From the NCBI RefSeq assembly GCF_009914755.1, contig NC_060939.1: a stretch of DNA of 64,000 nt, one strand, 5' to 3'. Position numbers and translations under genes: made by a program. A model generated the notes under the pieces. That model saw nothing but the letters and a program-made list of their open reading frames with translations. It ran no database searches and was not told the origin of the DNA. Origin of the DNA: the human T2T-CHM13v2.0 reference genome, Homo sapiens. Below are positions 1 through 13,502 of the stretch, piece by piece (position 1 is the first letter of the stretch; each line of letters opens with the position of its first letter).

Positions 1-9
1 CCATTCCAG

Positions 10-19
10 TTGATATCAA
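10..19. other. 10-bp palindrome TTGATATCAA (EcoRV core), once per unit
   Basis: TTGATATCAA is self-complementary. It recurs once per unit in both the A (CAGTTGATATCAAT) and B (CATTTGATATCAAT) contexts. Confidence 0.9.
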
Positions 20-186
20 TCCATTCGATTCCATTCCATTCGAGCACATTCCATTCGAGTCCATTCCATTCGATGCCATTCCATTTGATTCTATTCCATT
101 AGTCTCCATTCAATTCCATTAATCTCCATTCCATTCCATTCTACTCCAACTGATTCCATTCCATTCTATTCCTTTTTATTCCATTT

Positions 187-211
187 CATTCCATTCCATT
201 CCATTCCATTC
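187..211 (+). repeat. Pure (CATTC)n micro-VNTR between CATTT and GTGTCC, once per unit (n=5 here, 5-9 across the window)
   Basis: n=5 at 187-211, n=8 at 37981-38020, and n=9 in most 1813-bp units. It accounts for most of the 1793/1798/1803/1808/1813 length ladder. Confidence 0.9.
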
Positions 212-909
212 GTGTCCTTTCCACTCCAGTCCATTCCATTCGTATCCATTCCATTCCAGTCCATTCCATTTGTGTCCACTGCATTCCATTCCACTCCATT
301 CCATATTATTCCATTACACTCCATTCCATTCTATTACTTTCATTTCCATTGAATTCCATTCCATTTGATTCCATTCCACTCGGTTTCATTCCATTTGAGT
401 CCACTCCATTCCATTCCATTCCATTCAGTTCCATTCCATTCTGTTCCATTCCATTCCGTTCCATTACATTCCATTCCATTCGGTACCATTCCATATTGTT
501 CCATTCGATTCCATTCGAATCCATTCCATTCCAGTCCATTCCATTCGATTCCATTCCATTCATTTCAATTCCATTCCATTCCATTCCATTACATTCCACT
601 TGATTCCTCTCCATTCCCTTCCACTGCATTCCGTTCGATTCCATTCCATTGCATTGCATTCCATTCCATTGGATTGCATTCCATTCGATTCCATTCCATT
701 CGAATCAATTACATAGCAATCCATTACATTCGAGTCTATTCTCTTCCGTTCCATTCGATTTCGTTCCAATCCATTCGATTCCATTCCATTCGATTCCATT
801 CCATACTATTGCATTCCATTCGATTACATTATATTCGAATAAGTTCCATTCAAGACCATTTCTTTTGAGTCCATTCTATTTGAGTCCATTCCCTTTGATT
901 CCATAACAT

Positions 910-2688
910 TTGAGTCCATTCAATTCCATTCCTTTCGTTTCCATTCCATTTGATGCCATTCCATTCAATTCTGTTCTACTCGACTCCAATACATTCAATT
1001 CCATTCCATCCGATTCCATTACATTCTTTTCATTTCTTATCCATTTCAAGCCATTCCACTCCATTCCATTCCACTCGTTTCCTTTCCATTCGAGTCCATT
1101 CCTCTCCAGTCCATTCCGTTCAATCCATTCCATTCCAGTCCATTCCATTCGAGTCCGTTCCATTCCAGTCCATTCCATTCGAGTCAATTCCATTCCATTC
1201 GATGTCTTTCCATAACGATCCATTCCATTCTATTCCTTTCGATTCCATTCCATTCTATTTCATTCCATTCGATTCCCTTCCATTGGACTCCTTTCCATTC
1301 GAGTGCATTCCATTCCGTTCCATTTCTTTCCGTTCTGTACGATTCCTACCGTTCGATTTCATTTTGTTCCAGTCCATTCCTTTCGCGTCCATTCCATTCC
1401 ATTTCACTCCATTCGATTCCATTCCACTCGATTCCACTTCGTTCCATTTCATTGCATTCCATTCTATTCAACTCTATTGCCTTCCATTCCATTCCATTCG
1501 ATTACATTCCATGCGATTCCATTCGAAATCGAATCAATTACATTGCAAACCATTACTATTGAGTCCGTTTTATTCCAGTCCACTGCATTCTGGTCCATTC
1601 CATTTGATTCCATTCCATTCTATTCCATTCCATACAGTTGCATTCCATTGGATTCCATGCTATAACTATAAATTCAATTCGAGTCCATTGCTTTTGAGTC
1701 CATTCTATATGATTCCATTCCATTCAAGTCCATTACATTTGTTTCAATTCCATTCCATTCCATTCCCTTTCATTCCATTCCATTTGATATCAATCCATTC
1801 GATTCCATTCCATTCGAGCACATTCCATTCGAGTCCATTCCATTCGATGCCATTCCATTTGATTCTATTCCATTAGTCTCCATTCAATTCCATTAATCTC
1901 CATTCCATTCCATTCTACTCCAACTGATTCCATTACATTCTATTCCTTTCCATTCCATTTCATTCCATTCCATTCCATTCCATTCCATTCCATTCCATTC
2001 GTGTCCATTCCACTCCAGTCCATTCCATTCGTGTCCATTCCATTCCAGTCCATTCCATTTGTGTCCACTGCATTCCATTCCACTCCATTCCATATTATTC
2101 CATTACACTCCATTCCATTCTATTACTTTCATTTCCATTCAATTCCATTCCATTTGATTCCATTCCACTCGGTTTCATTCCATTTGAGTCCACTCCATTC
2201 CATTCCATTCCATTCCATTCAGTTCCATTCCATTCCGTTCCATTACATTCCATTCCATTCGGTACCATTCCATATTGTTCCATTCGATTCCATTCGAATC
2301 CATTCCATTCCAGTCCATTCCATTCGATTCCATTCCATTCATTTCAATTCCATTCCATTCCATTCCATTCCATTCCACTTGATTCCTCTCCATTCCCTTC
2401 CACTGCATTCCGTTCGATTCCATTCCATTGCATTGCATTCCATTCCATTGGATTGCATTCCATTCGATTCCATTCCATTCGAATCAATTACATAGCAATC
2501 CATTACATTCGAGTCTATTCTATTCCGTTCCATTCAATTTCGTTCCAATCCATTCGAGTCCATTCCATTCGATTCCATTCCATACTATTGCATTCCATTC
2601 GATTACATTATATTCGAATAAGTTCCATTCAAGACCATTTCTTTTGAGTCCATTCTATTTGAGTCCATTCCCTTTGATTCCATAACAT
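910..2688 (+). repeat. Type-B unit (1779 bp)
   Basis: Extra C in CAGTCCATTCCTTTCGCG, GCAAACC, 20-bp deletion before GATATC, TGATTCCATTA, second GTGTCC, 10-bp deletion before KpnI. Confidence 0.9.
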
Positions 2689-5600
2689 TTGAGTCCATTC
2701 AATTCCATTCCTTTCGTTTCCATTCCATTTGATGCCATTCCATTCAATTCTGTTCTACTCGACTCCAATACATTCAATTCCATTCCATCCGATTCCATTA
2801 CATTCTTTTCATTTCTTATCCATTTCAAGCCATTCCACTCCATTCCATTCCACTCGTTTCCTTTCCATTCGAGTCCATTCCTCTCCAGTCCATTCCATTC
2901 AATCCATTCCATTCCAGTCCATTCCATTCGAGTCCGTTCCATTCCAGTCCATTCCATTCGAGTCAATTCCATTCCATTCGATGTCTTTCCATAACGATCC
3001 ATTCCATTCTATTCCTTTCGATTCCATTCCATTCTATTTCATTCCATTCGATTCCCTTCCATTGGACTCCTTTCCATTCGAGTGCATTCCATTCCGTTCC
3101 ATTTCTTTCCGTTCTGTACGATTCCTACCGTTCGATTTCATTTTGTTCCAGTCCATTCTTTCGCGTCCATTCCATTCCATTTCACTCCATTCGATTCCAT
3201 TCCACTCGATTCCACTTCGTTCCATTTCATTGCATTCCATTCTATTCAACTCTATTGCCTTCCATTCCATACCATTCGATTACATTCAATGCGATTACAT
3301 TCGAAATCGAATCAATTACATTGCAATCCATTACTATTGAGTCCGTTTTATTCCAGTCCACTGCTTTCTGGTCCATTCCATTTGATTCCATTCCATTCTA
3401 TTCCATTCCATACAGTTGCATTCCATTGGATTCCATGCTATATCTATAAATTCAATTCGAGACCATTGCTTTTGAGTCCATTCTATATGATTCCATTCCA
3501 TTCAAGTCCATTACATTTGGATAAATTCCATTCCATTCGGTTCAATTCCATTCCATTCCATTCCCTTCCATTCCATTCCAGTTGATATCAATCCATTCGA
3601 TTCCATTCCATTCGAGCACATTCCATTCGAGTCCATTCCATTCGATGCCATTCCATTTGATTCTATTCCATTAGTCTCCATTCAATTCCATTAATCTCCA
3701 TTCCATTCCATTCTACTCCAACTGATTCCATTCCATTCTATTCCTTTCCATTCCATTTCATTCCATTCCATTCCATTCCATTCCATTCCATTCCATTCCA
3801 TTCGTGTCCATTCCACTCCAGTCCATTCCATTCGTATCCATTCCATTCCAGTTCATTCCATTTTTGTCCACTGCATTCCATTCCACTCCATTCCATATTA
3901 TTCCATTACACTCCATTCCATTCTATTACATTCATTTCCATTCAATTCCATTCCATTTGATTCCATTCCACTCGGTTTCATTCCATTTGAGTCCACTCCA
4001 TTCCATTCCATTCCATTCAGTTCCATTCCATTCTGTTCCATTCCATTCCGTTCCATTACATTCCATTCCATTCGGTACCATTCCATATTGTTCCATTCGA
4101 TTCCATTCGAATCGATTCCATTCCAGTCCATTCCATTCGATTCCATTCCATTCATTTCAATTCCATTCCATTCCATTCCATTACATTCCACTTGATTCCT
4201 CTCCATTCCCTTCCACTGCATTCCGTTCGATTCCATTCCATTGCATTGCATTCCATTCCATTGGATTGCATTCCATTCGATTCCATTCCATTCGAATCAA
4301 TTACATAGCAATCCATTACATTCGAGTCTATTCTATTCCGTTCCATTCGATTTCGTTCCAATCCATTCGATTCCATTCCATTCGATTCCATTCCATACTA
4401 TTGCATTCCATTCGATTACATTATATTCGAATAAGTTCCATTCAAGACCATTTCTTTTGAGTCCATTCTATTTGAGTCCATTCCCTTTGATTCCATAACA
4501 TTTGAGTCCATTCAATTCCATTCCTTTCGTTTCCATTCCATTTGATGCCATTCCATTCAATTCTGTTCTACTCGACTCCAATACATTCAATTCCATTCCA
4601 TCCGATTCCATTACATTCTTTTCATTTCTTATCCATTTCAAGCCATTCCACTCCATTCCATTCCACTCGTTTCCTTTCCATTCGAGTCCATTCCTCTCCA
4701 GTCCATTCCGTTCAATCCATTCCATTCCAGTCCATTCCATTCGAGTCCGTTCCATTCCAGTCCATTCCATTCGAGTCAATTCCATTCCATTCGATGTCTT
4801 TCCATAACGATCCATTCCATTCTATTCCTTTCGATTCCATTCCATTCTATTTCATTCCATTCGATTCCCTTCCATTGGACTCCTTTCCATTCGAGTGCAT
4901 TCCATTCCGTTCCATTTCTTTCCGTTCTGTACGATTCCTACCGTTCGATTTCATTTTGTTCCAGTCCATTCTTTCGCGTCCATTCCATTCCATTTCACTC
5001 CATTCGATTCCATTCCACTCGATTCCACTTCGTTCCATTTCATTGCATTCCATTCTATTCAACTCTATTGCCTTCCATTCCATTCCATTCGATTACATTC
5101 CATGCGATTCCATTCGAAATTGAATCAATTACATTGCAATCCATTACTATTGAGTCCGTTTTATTCCAGTCCACTGCATTCTGGTCCATTCCATTTGATT
5201 CCATTCCATTCTATTCCATTCCATACAGTTGCATTCCATTGGATTCCATGCTATATCTATAAATTCAATTCGAGACCATTGCTTTTGAGTCCATTCTATA
5301 TGATTCCATTCCATTCAAGTCCATTACATTTGGTTAAATTCCTTTCCATTCGGTTCAATTCCATTCCATTCCATTCCCTTCCATTCCATTCCAGTTGATA
5401 TCAATCCATTCGATTCCATTCCATTCGAGCACATTCCATTCGAGTCCATTCCATTCGATGCCATTCCATTTGATTCTATTCCATTAGTCTCCATTCAATT
5501 CCATTAATCTCCATTCCATTCCATTCTACTCCAACTGATTCCATTCCATTCTATTCCTTTTTATTCCATTTCATTCCATTCCATTCCATTCCATTCCATT

Positions 5601-6304
5601 CCATTCGTGTCCATTCCACTCCAGTCCATTCCATTCGTATCCATTCCATTCCAGTCCATTCCATTTGTGTCCACTGCATTCCATTCCACTCCATTCCATA
5701 TTATTCCATTACACTCCATTCCATTCTATTACTTTCATTTCCATTCAATTCCATTCCATTTGATTCCATTCCACTCGGTTTCATTCCATTTGAGTCCACT
5801 CCATTCCATTCCATTCCATTCAGTTCCATTCCATTCTGTTCCATTCCATTCCGTTCCATTACATTCCATTCCATTCGGTACCATTCCATATTGTTCCATT
5901 CGATTCCATTCGAATCCATTCCATTCCAGTCCATTCCATTCGATTCCATTCCATTCATTTCAATTCCATTCCATTCCATTCCATTACATTCCACTTGATT
6001 CCTCTCCATTCTCTTCCACTGCATTCCGTTCGATTCCATTCCATTGCATTGCATTCCATTCCATTGGATTGCATTCCATTCGATTCCATTCCATTCGAAT
6101 CAATTACATAGCAATCCATTACATTCGAGTCTATTCTCTTCCGTTCCATTCGATTTCGTTCCAATCCATTCGATTCCATTCCATTCGATTCCATTCCATA
6201 CTATTGCATTCCATTCGATTACATTATATTCGAATAAGTTCCATTCAAGACCATTTCTTTTGAGTCCATTCTATTTGAGTCCATTCCCTTTGATTCCATA
6301 ACAT

Positions 6305-8083
6305 TTGAGTCCATTCAATTCCATTCCTTTCGTTTCCATTCCATTTGATGCCATTCCATTCAATTCTGTTCTACTCGACTCCAATACATTCAATTCCATT
6401 CCATCCGATTCCATTACATTCTTTTCATTTCTTATCCATTTCAAGCCATTCCACTCCATTCCATTCCACTCGTTTCCGTTCCATTCGAGTCCATTCCTCT
6501 CCAGTCCATTCCGTTCAATCCATTCCATTCCAGTCCATTCCATTCGAGTCCGTTCCATTCCAGTCCATTCCATTCGAGTCAATTCCATTCCATTCGATGT
6601 CTTTCCATAACGATCCATTCCATTCTATTCCTTTCGATTCCATTCCATTCTATTTCATTCCATTCGATTCCCTTCCATTGGACTCCTTTCCATTCGAGTG
6701 CATTCCATTCCGTTCCATTTCTTTCCGTTCTGTACGATTCCTACCGTTCGATTTCATTTTGTTCCAGTCCATTCCTTTCGCGTCCATTCCATTCCATTTC
6801 ACTCCATTCGATTCCATTCCACTCGATTCCACTTCGTTCCATTTCATTGCATTCCATTCTATTCAACTCTATTGCCTTCCATTCCATTCCATTCGATTAC
6901 ATTCCATGCGATTCCATTCGAAATCGAATCAATTACATTGCAAACCATTACTATTGAGTCCGTTTTATTCCAGTCCACTGCATTCTGGTCCATTCCATTT
7001 GATTCCATTCCATTCTTTTCCATTCCATACAGTTGCATTCCATTGGATTCCATGCTATATCTATAAATTCAATTCGAGACCATTGCTTTTGAGTCCATTC
7101 TATATGATTCCATTCCATTCAAGTCCATTACATTTGGTTCAATTCCATTCCATTCCATTCCCTTTCATTCCATTCCATTTGATATCAATCCATTCGATTC
7201 CATTCCATTCGAGCACATTCCATTCGAGTCCATTCCATTCGATGCCATTCCATTTGATTCTATTCCATTAGTCTCCATTCAATTCCATTAATCTCCATTC
7301 CATTCCATTCTACTCCAACTGATTCCATTACATTCTATTCCTTTCCATTCCATTTCATTCCATTCCATTCCATTCCATTCCATTCCATTCCATTCGTGTC
7401 CATTCCACTCCAGTCCATTCCATTCGTGTCCATTCCATTCCAGTCCATTCCATTTGTGTCCACTGCATTCCATTCCACTCCATTCCATATTATTCCATTA
7501 CACTCCATTCCATTCTATTACTTTCATTTCCATTCAATTCCATTCCATTTGATTCCATTCCACTCGGTTTCATTCCATTTGAGTCCACTCCATTCCATTC
7601 CATTCCATTCCATTCAGTTCCATTCCATTCCGTTCCATTACATTCCATTCCATTCGGTACCATTCCATATTGTTCCATTCGATTCCATTCGAATCCATTC
7701 CATTCCAGTCCATTCCATTCGATTCCATTCCATTCATTTCAATTCCATTCCATTCCATTCCATTCCATTCCACTTGATTCCTCTCCATTCCCTTCCACTG
7801 CATTCCGTTCGATTCCATTCCATTGCATTGCATTCCATTCCATTGGATTGCATTCCATTCGATTCCATTCCATTCGAATCAATTACATAGCAATCCATTA
7901 CATTCGAGTCTATTCTATTCCGTTCCATTCGATTTCGTTCCAATCCATTCGATTCCATTCCATTCGATTCCATTCCATACTATTGCATTCCATTCGATTA
8001 CATTATATTCGAATAAGTTCCATTCAAGACCATTTCTTTTGAGTCCATTCTATTTGAGTCCATTCCCTTTGATTCCATAACAT
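6305..8083 (+). repeat. Type-B unit (1779 bp)
   Basis: Same B markers plus CGTTTCCGTT (6471) and CATTCTTTTC (7011). Confidence 0.9.
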
Positions 8084-11000
8084 TTGAGTCCATTCAATTC
8101 CATTCCTTTCGTTTCCATTCCATTTGATGCCATTCCATTCAATTCTGTTCTACTCGACTCCAATACATTCAATTCCATTCCATCCGATTCCATTACATTC
8201 TTTTCATTTCTTATCCATTTCAAGCCATTCCACTCCATTCCATTCCACTCGTTTCCTTTCCATTCGAGTCCATTCCTCTCCAGTCCATTCCATTCAATCC
8301 ATTCCATTCCAGTCCATTCCATTCGAGTCCGTTCCATTCCAGTCCATTCCATTCGAGTCAATTCCATTCCATTCGATGTCTTTCCATAACGATCCATTCC
8401 ATTCTATTCCTTTCGATTCCATTCCATTCTATTTCATTCCATTCGATTCCCTTCCATTGGACTCCTTTCCATTCGAGTGCATTCCATTCCGTTCCATTTC
8501 TTTCCGTTCTGTACGATTCCTACAGTTCGATTTCATTTTCTCCCAGTCCATTCTTTCGCGTCCATTCCATTCCATTTCACTCCATTCGATTCCATTCCAC
8601 TCGATTCCACTTCGTTCCATTTCATTGCATTCCATTCTATTCAACTCTATTGCCTTCCATTCCATTCCATTCGATTACATTCCATGCGATTCCATTCGAA
8701 ATCGAATCAATTACATTGCAATCCATTACTATTGAGTCCGTTTTATTCCAGTCCACTGCATTCTGGTCCATTCCATTTGATTCCATTCCATTCTATTCCA
8801 TTCCATACAGTTGCATTCCATTGGATTCCATGCTATATCTATAAATTCAATTCGAGACCATTGCTTTTGAGTCCATTCTATATGATTCCATTCCATTCAA
8901 GTCCATTACATTTGGTTAAATTCCATTCCATTCGGTTCAATTCCATTCCATTCCATTCCCTTCCATTCCATTCCAGTTGATATCAATCCATTCGATTCCA
9001 TTCCATTCGAGCACATTCCATTCGAGTCCATTCCATTCGATGCCATTCCATTTGATTCTATTCCATTAGTCTCCATTCAATTCCATTAATCTCCATTCCA
9101 TTCCATTCTACTCCAACTGATTCCATTCCATTCTATTCCTTTCCATTCCATTTCATTCCATTCCATTCCATTCCATTCCATTCCATTCCATTCGTGTCCA
9201 TTCCACTCCAGTCCATTCCATTCGTATCCATTCCATTCCAGTCCATTCCATTTGTGTCCACTGCATTCCATTCCACTCCATTCCATATTATTCCATTACA
9301 CTCCATTCCATTCTATTACTTTCATTTCCATTCAATTCCATTCCATTTGATTCCATTCCACTCGGTTTCATTCCATTTGAGTCCACTCCATTCCATTCCA
9401 TTCCATTCAGTTCCATTCCATTCTGTTCCATTCCATTCCGTTCCATTACATTCCATTCCATTCGGTACCATTCCATATTGTTCCATTCGATTCCATTCGA
9501 ATCCATTCCATTCCAGTCCATTCCATTCGATTCCATTCCATTCATTTCAATTCCATTCCATTCCATTCCATTACATTCCACTTGATTCCTCTCCATTCCC
9601 TTCCACTGCATTCCGTTCGATTCCATTCCATTGCATTGCATTCCATTCCATTGGATTGCATTCCATTCGATTCCATTCCATTCGAATCAATTACATAGCA
9701 ATCCATTACATTCGAGTCTATTCTCTTCCGTTCCATTCGATTTCGTTCCAATCCATTCGATTCCATTCCATTCGATTCCATTCCATACTATTGCATTCCA
9801 TTCGATTACATTATATTCGAATAAGTTCCATTCAAGACCATTTCTTTTGAGTCCATTCTATTTGAGTCCATTCCCTTTGATTCCATAACATTTGAGTCCA
9901 TTCAATTCCATTCCTTTCGTTTCCATTCCATTTGATGCCATTCCATTCAATTCTGTTCTACTCGACTCCAATACATTCAATTCCATTCCATCAGATTCCA
10001 TTACATTCTTTTCATTTCTTCTCCATTTCAAGCCATTCCACTCCATTCCATTCCACTCGTTTCCTTTCCATTCGAGTCCATTCCTCTCCAGTCCATTCCG
10101 TTCAATCCATTCCATTCCAGTCCATTCCATTCGAGTCCGTTCCATTCCAGTCCATTCCATTCGAGTCAATTCCATTCCATTCGATGTCTTTCCATAACGA
10201 TCCATTCCATTCTATTCCTTTCGATTCCATTCCATTCTATTTCATTCCATTCGATTCCCTTCCATTGGACTCCTTTCCATTCGAGTGCATTCCATTCCGT
10301 TCCATTTCTTTCCGTTCTGTACGATTCCTACCGTTCGATTTCATTTTGTTCCAGTCCATTCTTTCGCGTCCATTCCATTCCATTTCACTCCATTCGATTC
10401 CATTCCACTCGATTCCACTTCGTTCCATTTCATTGCATTCCATTCTATTCAACTCTATTGCCTTCCATTCCATTCCATTCGATTACATTCCATGCGATTC
10501 CATTCGAAATCGAATCAATTACATTGCAATCCATTACTATTGAGTCCGTTTTATTCCAGTCCACTGCATTCTGGTCCATTCCATTTGATTCCATTCCATT
10601 CTATTCCATTCCATACAGTTGCATTCCATTGGATTCCATGCTATATCTATAAATTCAATTCGAGACCATTGCTTTTGAGTCCATTCTATATGATTCCATT
10701 CCATTCAAGTCCATTACATTTGGTTAAATTCCATTCCATTCGGTTCAATTCCATTCCATTCCATTCCCTTCCATTCCATTCCAGTTGATATCAATCCATT
10801 CGATTCCATTCCATTCGAGCACATTCCATTCGAGTCCATTCCATTCGATGCCATTCCATTTGATTCTATTCCATTAGTCTCCATTCAATTCCATTAATCT
10901 CCATTCCATTCCATTCTACTCCAACTGATTCCATTCCATTCTATTCCTTTCCATTCCATTTCATTCCATTCCATTCCATTCCATTCCATTCCATTCCATT

Positions 11001-13502
11001 CGTGTCCATTCCACTCCAGTCCATTCCATTCGTATCCATTCCATTCCAGTCCATTCTATTTGTGTCCACTGCATTCCATTCCACTCCATTCCATATTATT
11101 CCATTACACTCCATTCCATTCTATTACTTTCATTTCCATTCAATTCCATTCCATTTGATTCCATTCCACTCGGTTTCATTCCATTTGAGTCCACTCCATT
11201 CCATTCCATTCCATTCAGTTCCATTCCATTCTGTTCCATTCCATTCCGTTCCATTACATTCCATTCCACTCGGTACCATTCCATATTGTTCCATTCGATT
11301 CCATTCGAATCCATTCCATTCCAGTCCATTCCATTCGATTCCATTCCATTAATATCAATTCCATTCCATTCATTTCAATTCCATTCCATTCCATTCCATT
11401 ACATTCCACTTGATTCCTCTCCATTCCCTTCCACTGCATTCCGTTCGATTCCATTCCATTGCATTGCATTCCATTCCATTGGATTGCATTCCATTCGATT
11501 CCATTCCATTCGAATCAATTACATAGCAATCCATTACATTCGAGTCTATTCTCTTCCGTTCCATTCGATTTCGTTCCAATCCATTCGATTCCATTCCATT
11601 CGATTCCATTCCATACTATTGCATTCCATTCGATTACATTATATTCGAATAAGTTCCATTCAAGACCATTTCTTTTGAGTCCATTTTATTTGAGTCCATT
11701 CCCTTTGATTCCATAACATTTGAGTCCATTCAATTCCATTCCTTTCGTTTCCATTCCATTTGATGCCATTCCATTCAATTCTGTTCTACTCGACTCCAAT
11801 ACATTCAATTCCATTCCATCCGATTCCATTACATTCTTTTCATTTCTTATCCATTTCAAGCCATTCCACTCCATTCCATTCCACTCGTTTCCTTTCCATT
11901 CGAGTCCATTCCTCTCCAGTCCATTCCATTCAATCCATTCCATTCCAGTCCATTCCATTCGAGTCCGTTCCATTCCAGTCCATTCCATTCGAGTCAATTC
12001 CATCCCATTCGATGTCTTTCCATAACGATCCATTCCATTCTATTCCTTTCGATTCCATTCCATTCTATTTCATTTCATTCGATTCCCTTCCATTGGACTC
12101 CTTTCCATTCGAGTGCATTCCATTCCGTTCCATTTCTTTCCGTTCTGTACGATTCCTACCGTTCGATTTCATTTTGTTCCAGTCCATTCTTTCGCGTCCA
12201 TTCCATTCCATTTCACTCCATTCGATTCCATTCCACTCGATTCCACTTCGTTCCATTTCCTTGCATTCCATTCTATTCAACTCTATTGCCTTCCATTCCA
12301 TTCCATTCGATTACATTCCATGCGATTCCATTCGAAATCGAATCAATTACATTGCAATCCATTACTATTGAGTCCGTTTTATTCCAGTCCACTGCATTCT
12401 GGTCCATTCCATTTGTTTCCATTCCATTCTATTCCATTCCATACAGATGCATTCCATTGGATTCCATGCTATATCTATAAATTCAATTCGAGACCATTGT
12501 TTTTGAGTCCATTCTATATGATTCCATTCCATTCAAGTCCATTACATTTGGTTAAATTCCATTCCATTCGGTTCAATTCCATTCCATTCCATTCCCTTCC
12601 ATTCCATTCCAGTTGATATCAATCCATTCGATTCCATTCCATTCGAGCACATTCCATTCGAGTCCATTCCATTCGATGCCATTCCATTTGATTCTATTCC
12701 ATTAGTCTCCATTCAATTCCATTAATCTCCATTCCATTCCATTCTACTCCAACTGATTCCATTCCATTCTATTCCTTTTTATTCCATTTCATTCCATTCC
12801 ATTCCATTCCATTCGTGTCCATTCCACTCCAGTCCATTCCATTCGTATCCATTCCATTCCAGTCCATTCCATTTGTGTCCACTGCATTCCATTCCACTCC
12901 ATTCCATATTATTTCATTACACTCCATTCCATTCTATTACTTTCATTTCCATTCAATTCCATTCCATTTGATTCCATTCCACTCGGTTTCATTCCATTTG
13001 AGTCCACTCCATTCCATTCCATTCCATTCAGTTCCATTCCATTCCATTCCGTTCCATTACATTCCATTCCATTCGGTACCATTCCATATTGTTCCATTCG
13101 ATTCCATTCGAATCCATTCCATTCCAGTCCATTCCATTCGATTCCATTCCATTCATTTCAATTCCATTCCATTCCATTCCATTACATTCCACTTGATTCC
13201 TCTCCATTCCCTTCCACTGCATTCCGTTCGATTCCATTCCATTGCATTGCATTCCATTCCATTGGATTGCATTCCATTCGATTCCATTCCATTCGAATCA
13301 ATTACATAGCAATCCATTACATTCGAGTCTATTCTCTTCCGTTCCATTCGATTTCGTTCCAATCCATTCGATTCCATTCCATTCGATTCCATTCCATACT
13401 ATTGCATTCCATTCGATTACATTATATTCGAATAAGTTCCATTCAAGACCATTTCTTTTGAGTCCATTCTATTTGAGTCCATTCCCTTTGATTCCATAAC
13501 AT

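Noticed and set aside
830-850. TTCGAA / GAATAAGTTC as heat-shock elements
   Set aside because: The spacing does not fit canonical alternating nGAAn arrays (TTCnnGAA or GAAnnTTC). I saw no three-unit HSE.
950-1876. 308-aa ORF seen only in B-like units
   Set aside because: It results from the +1 C joining two low-complexity frames. There is no sign of coding constraint.
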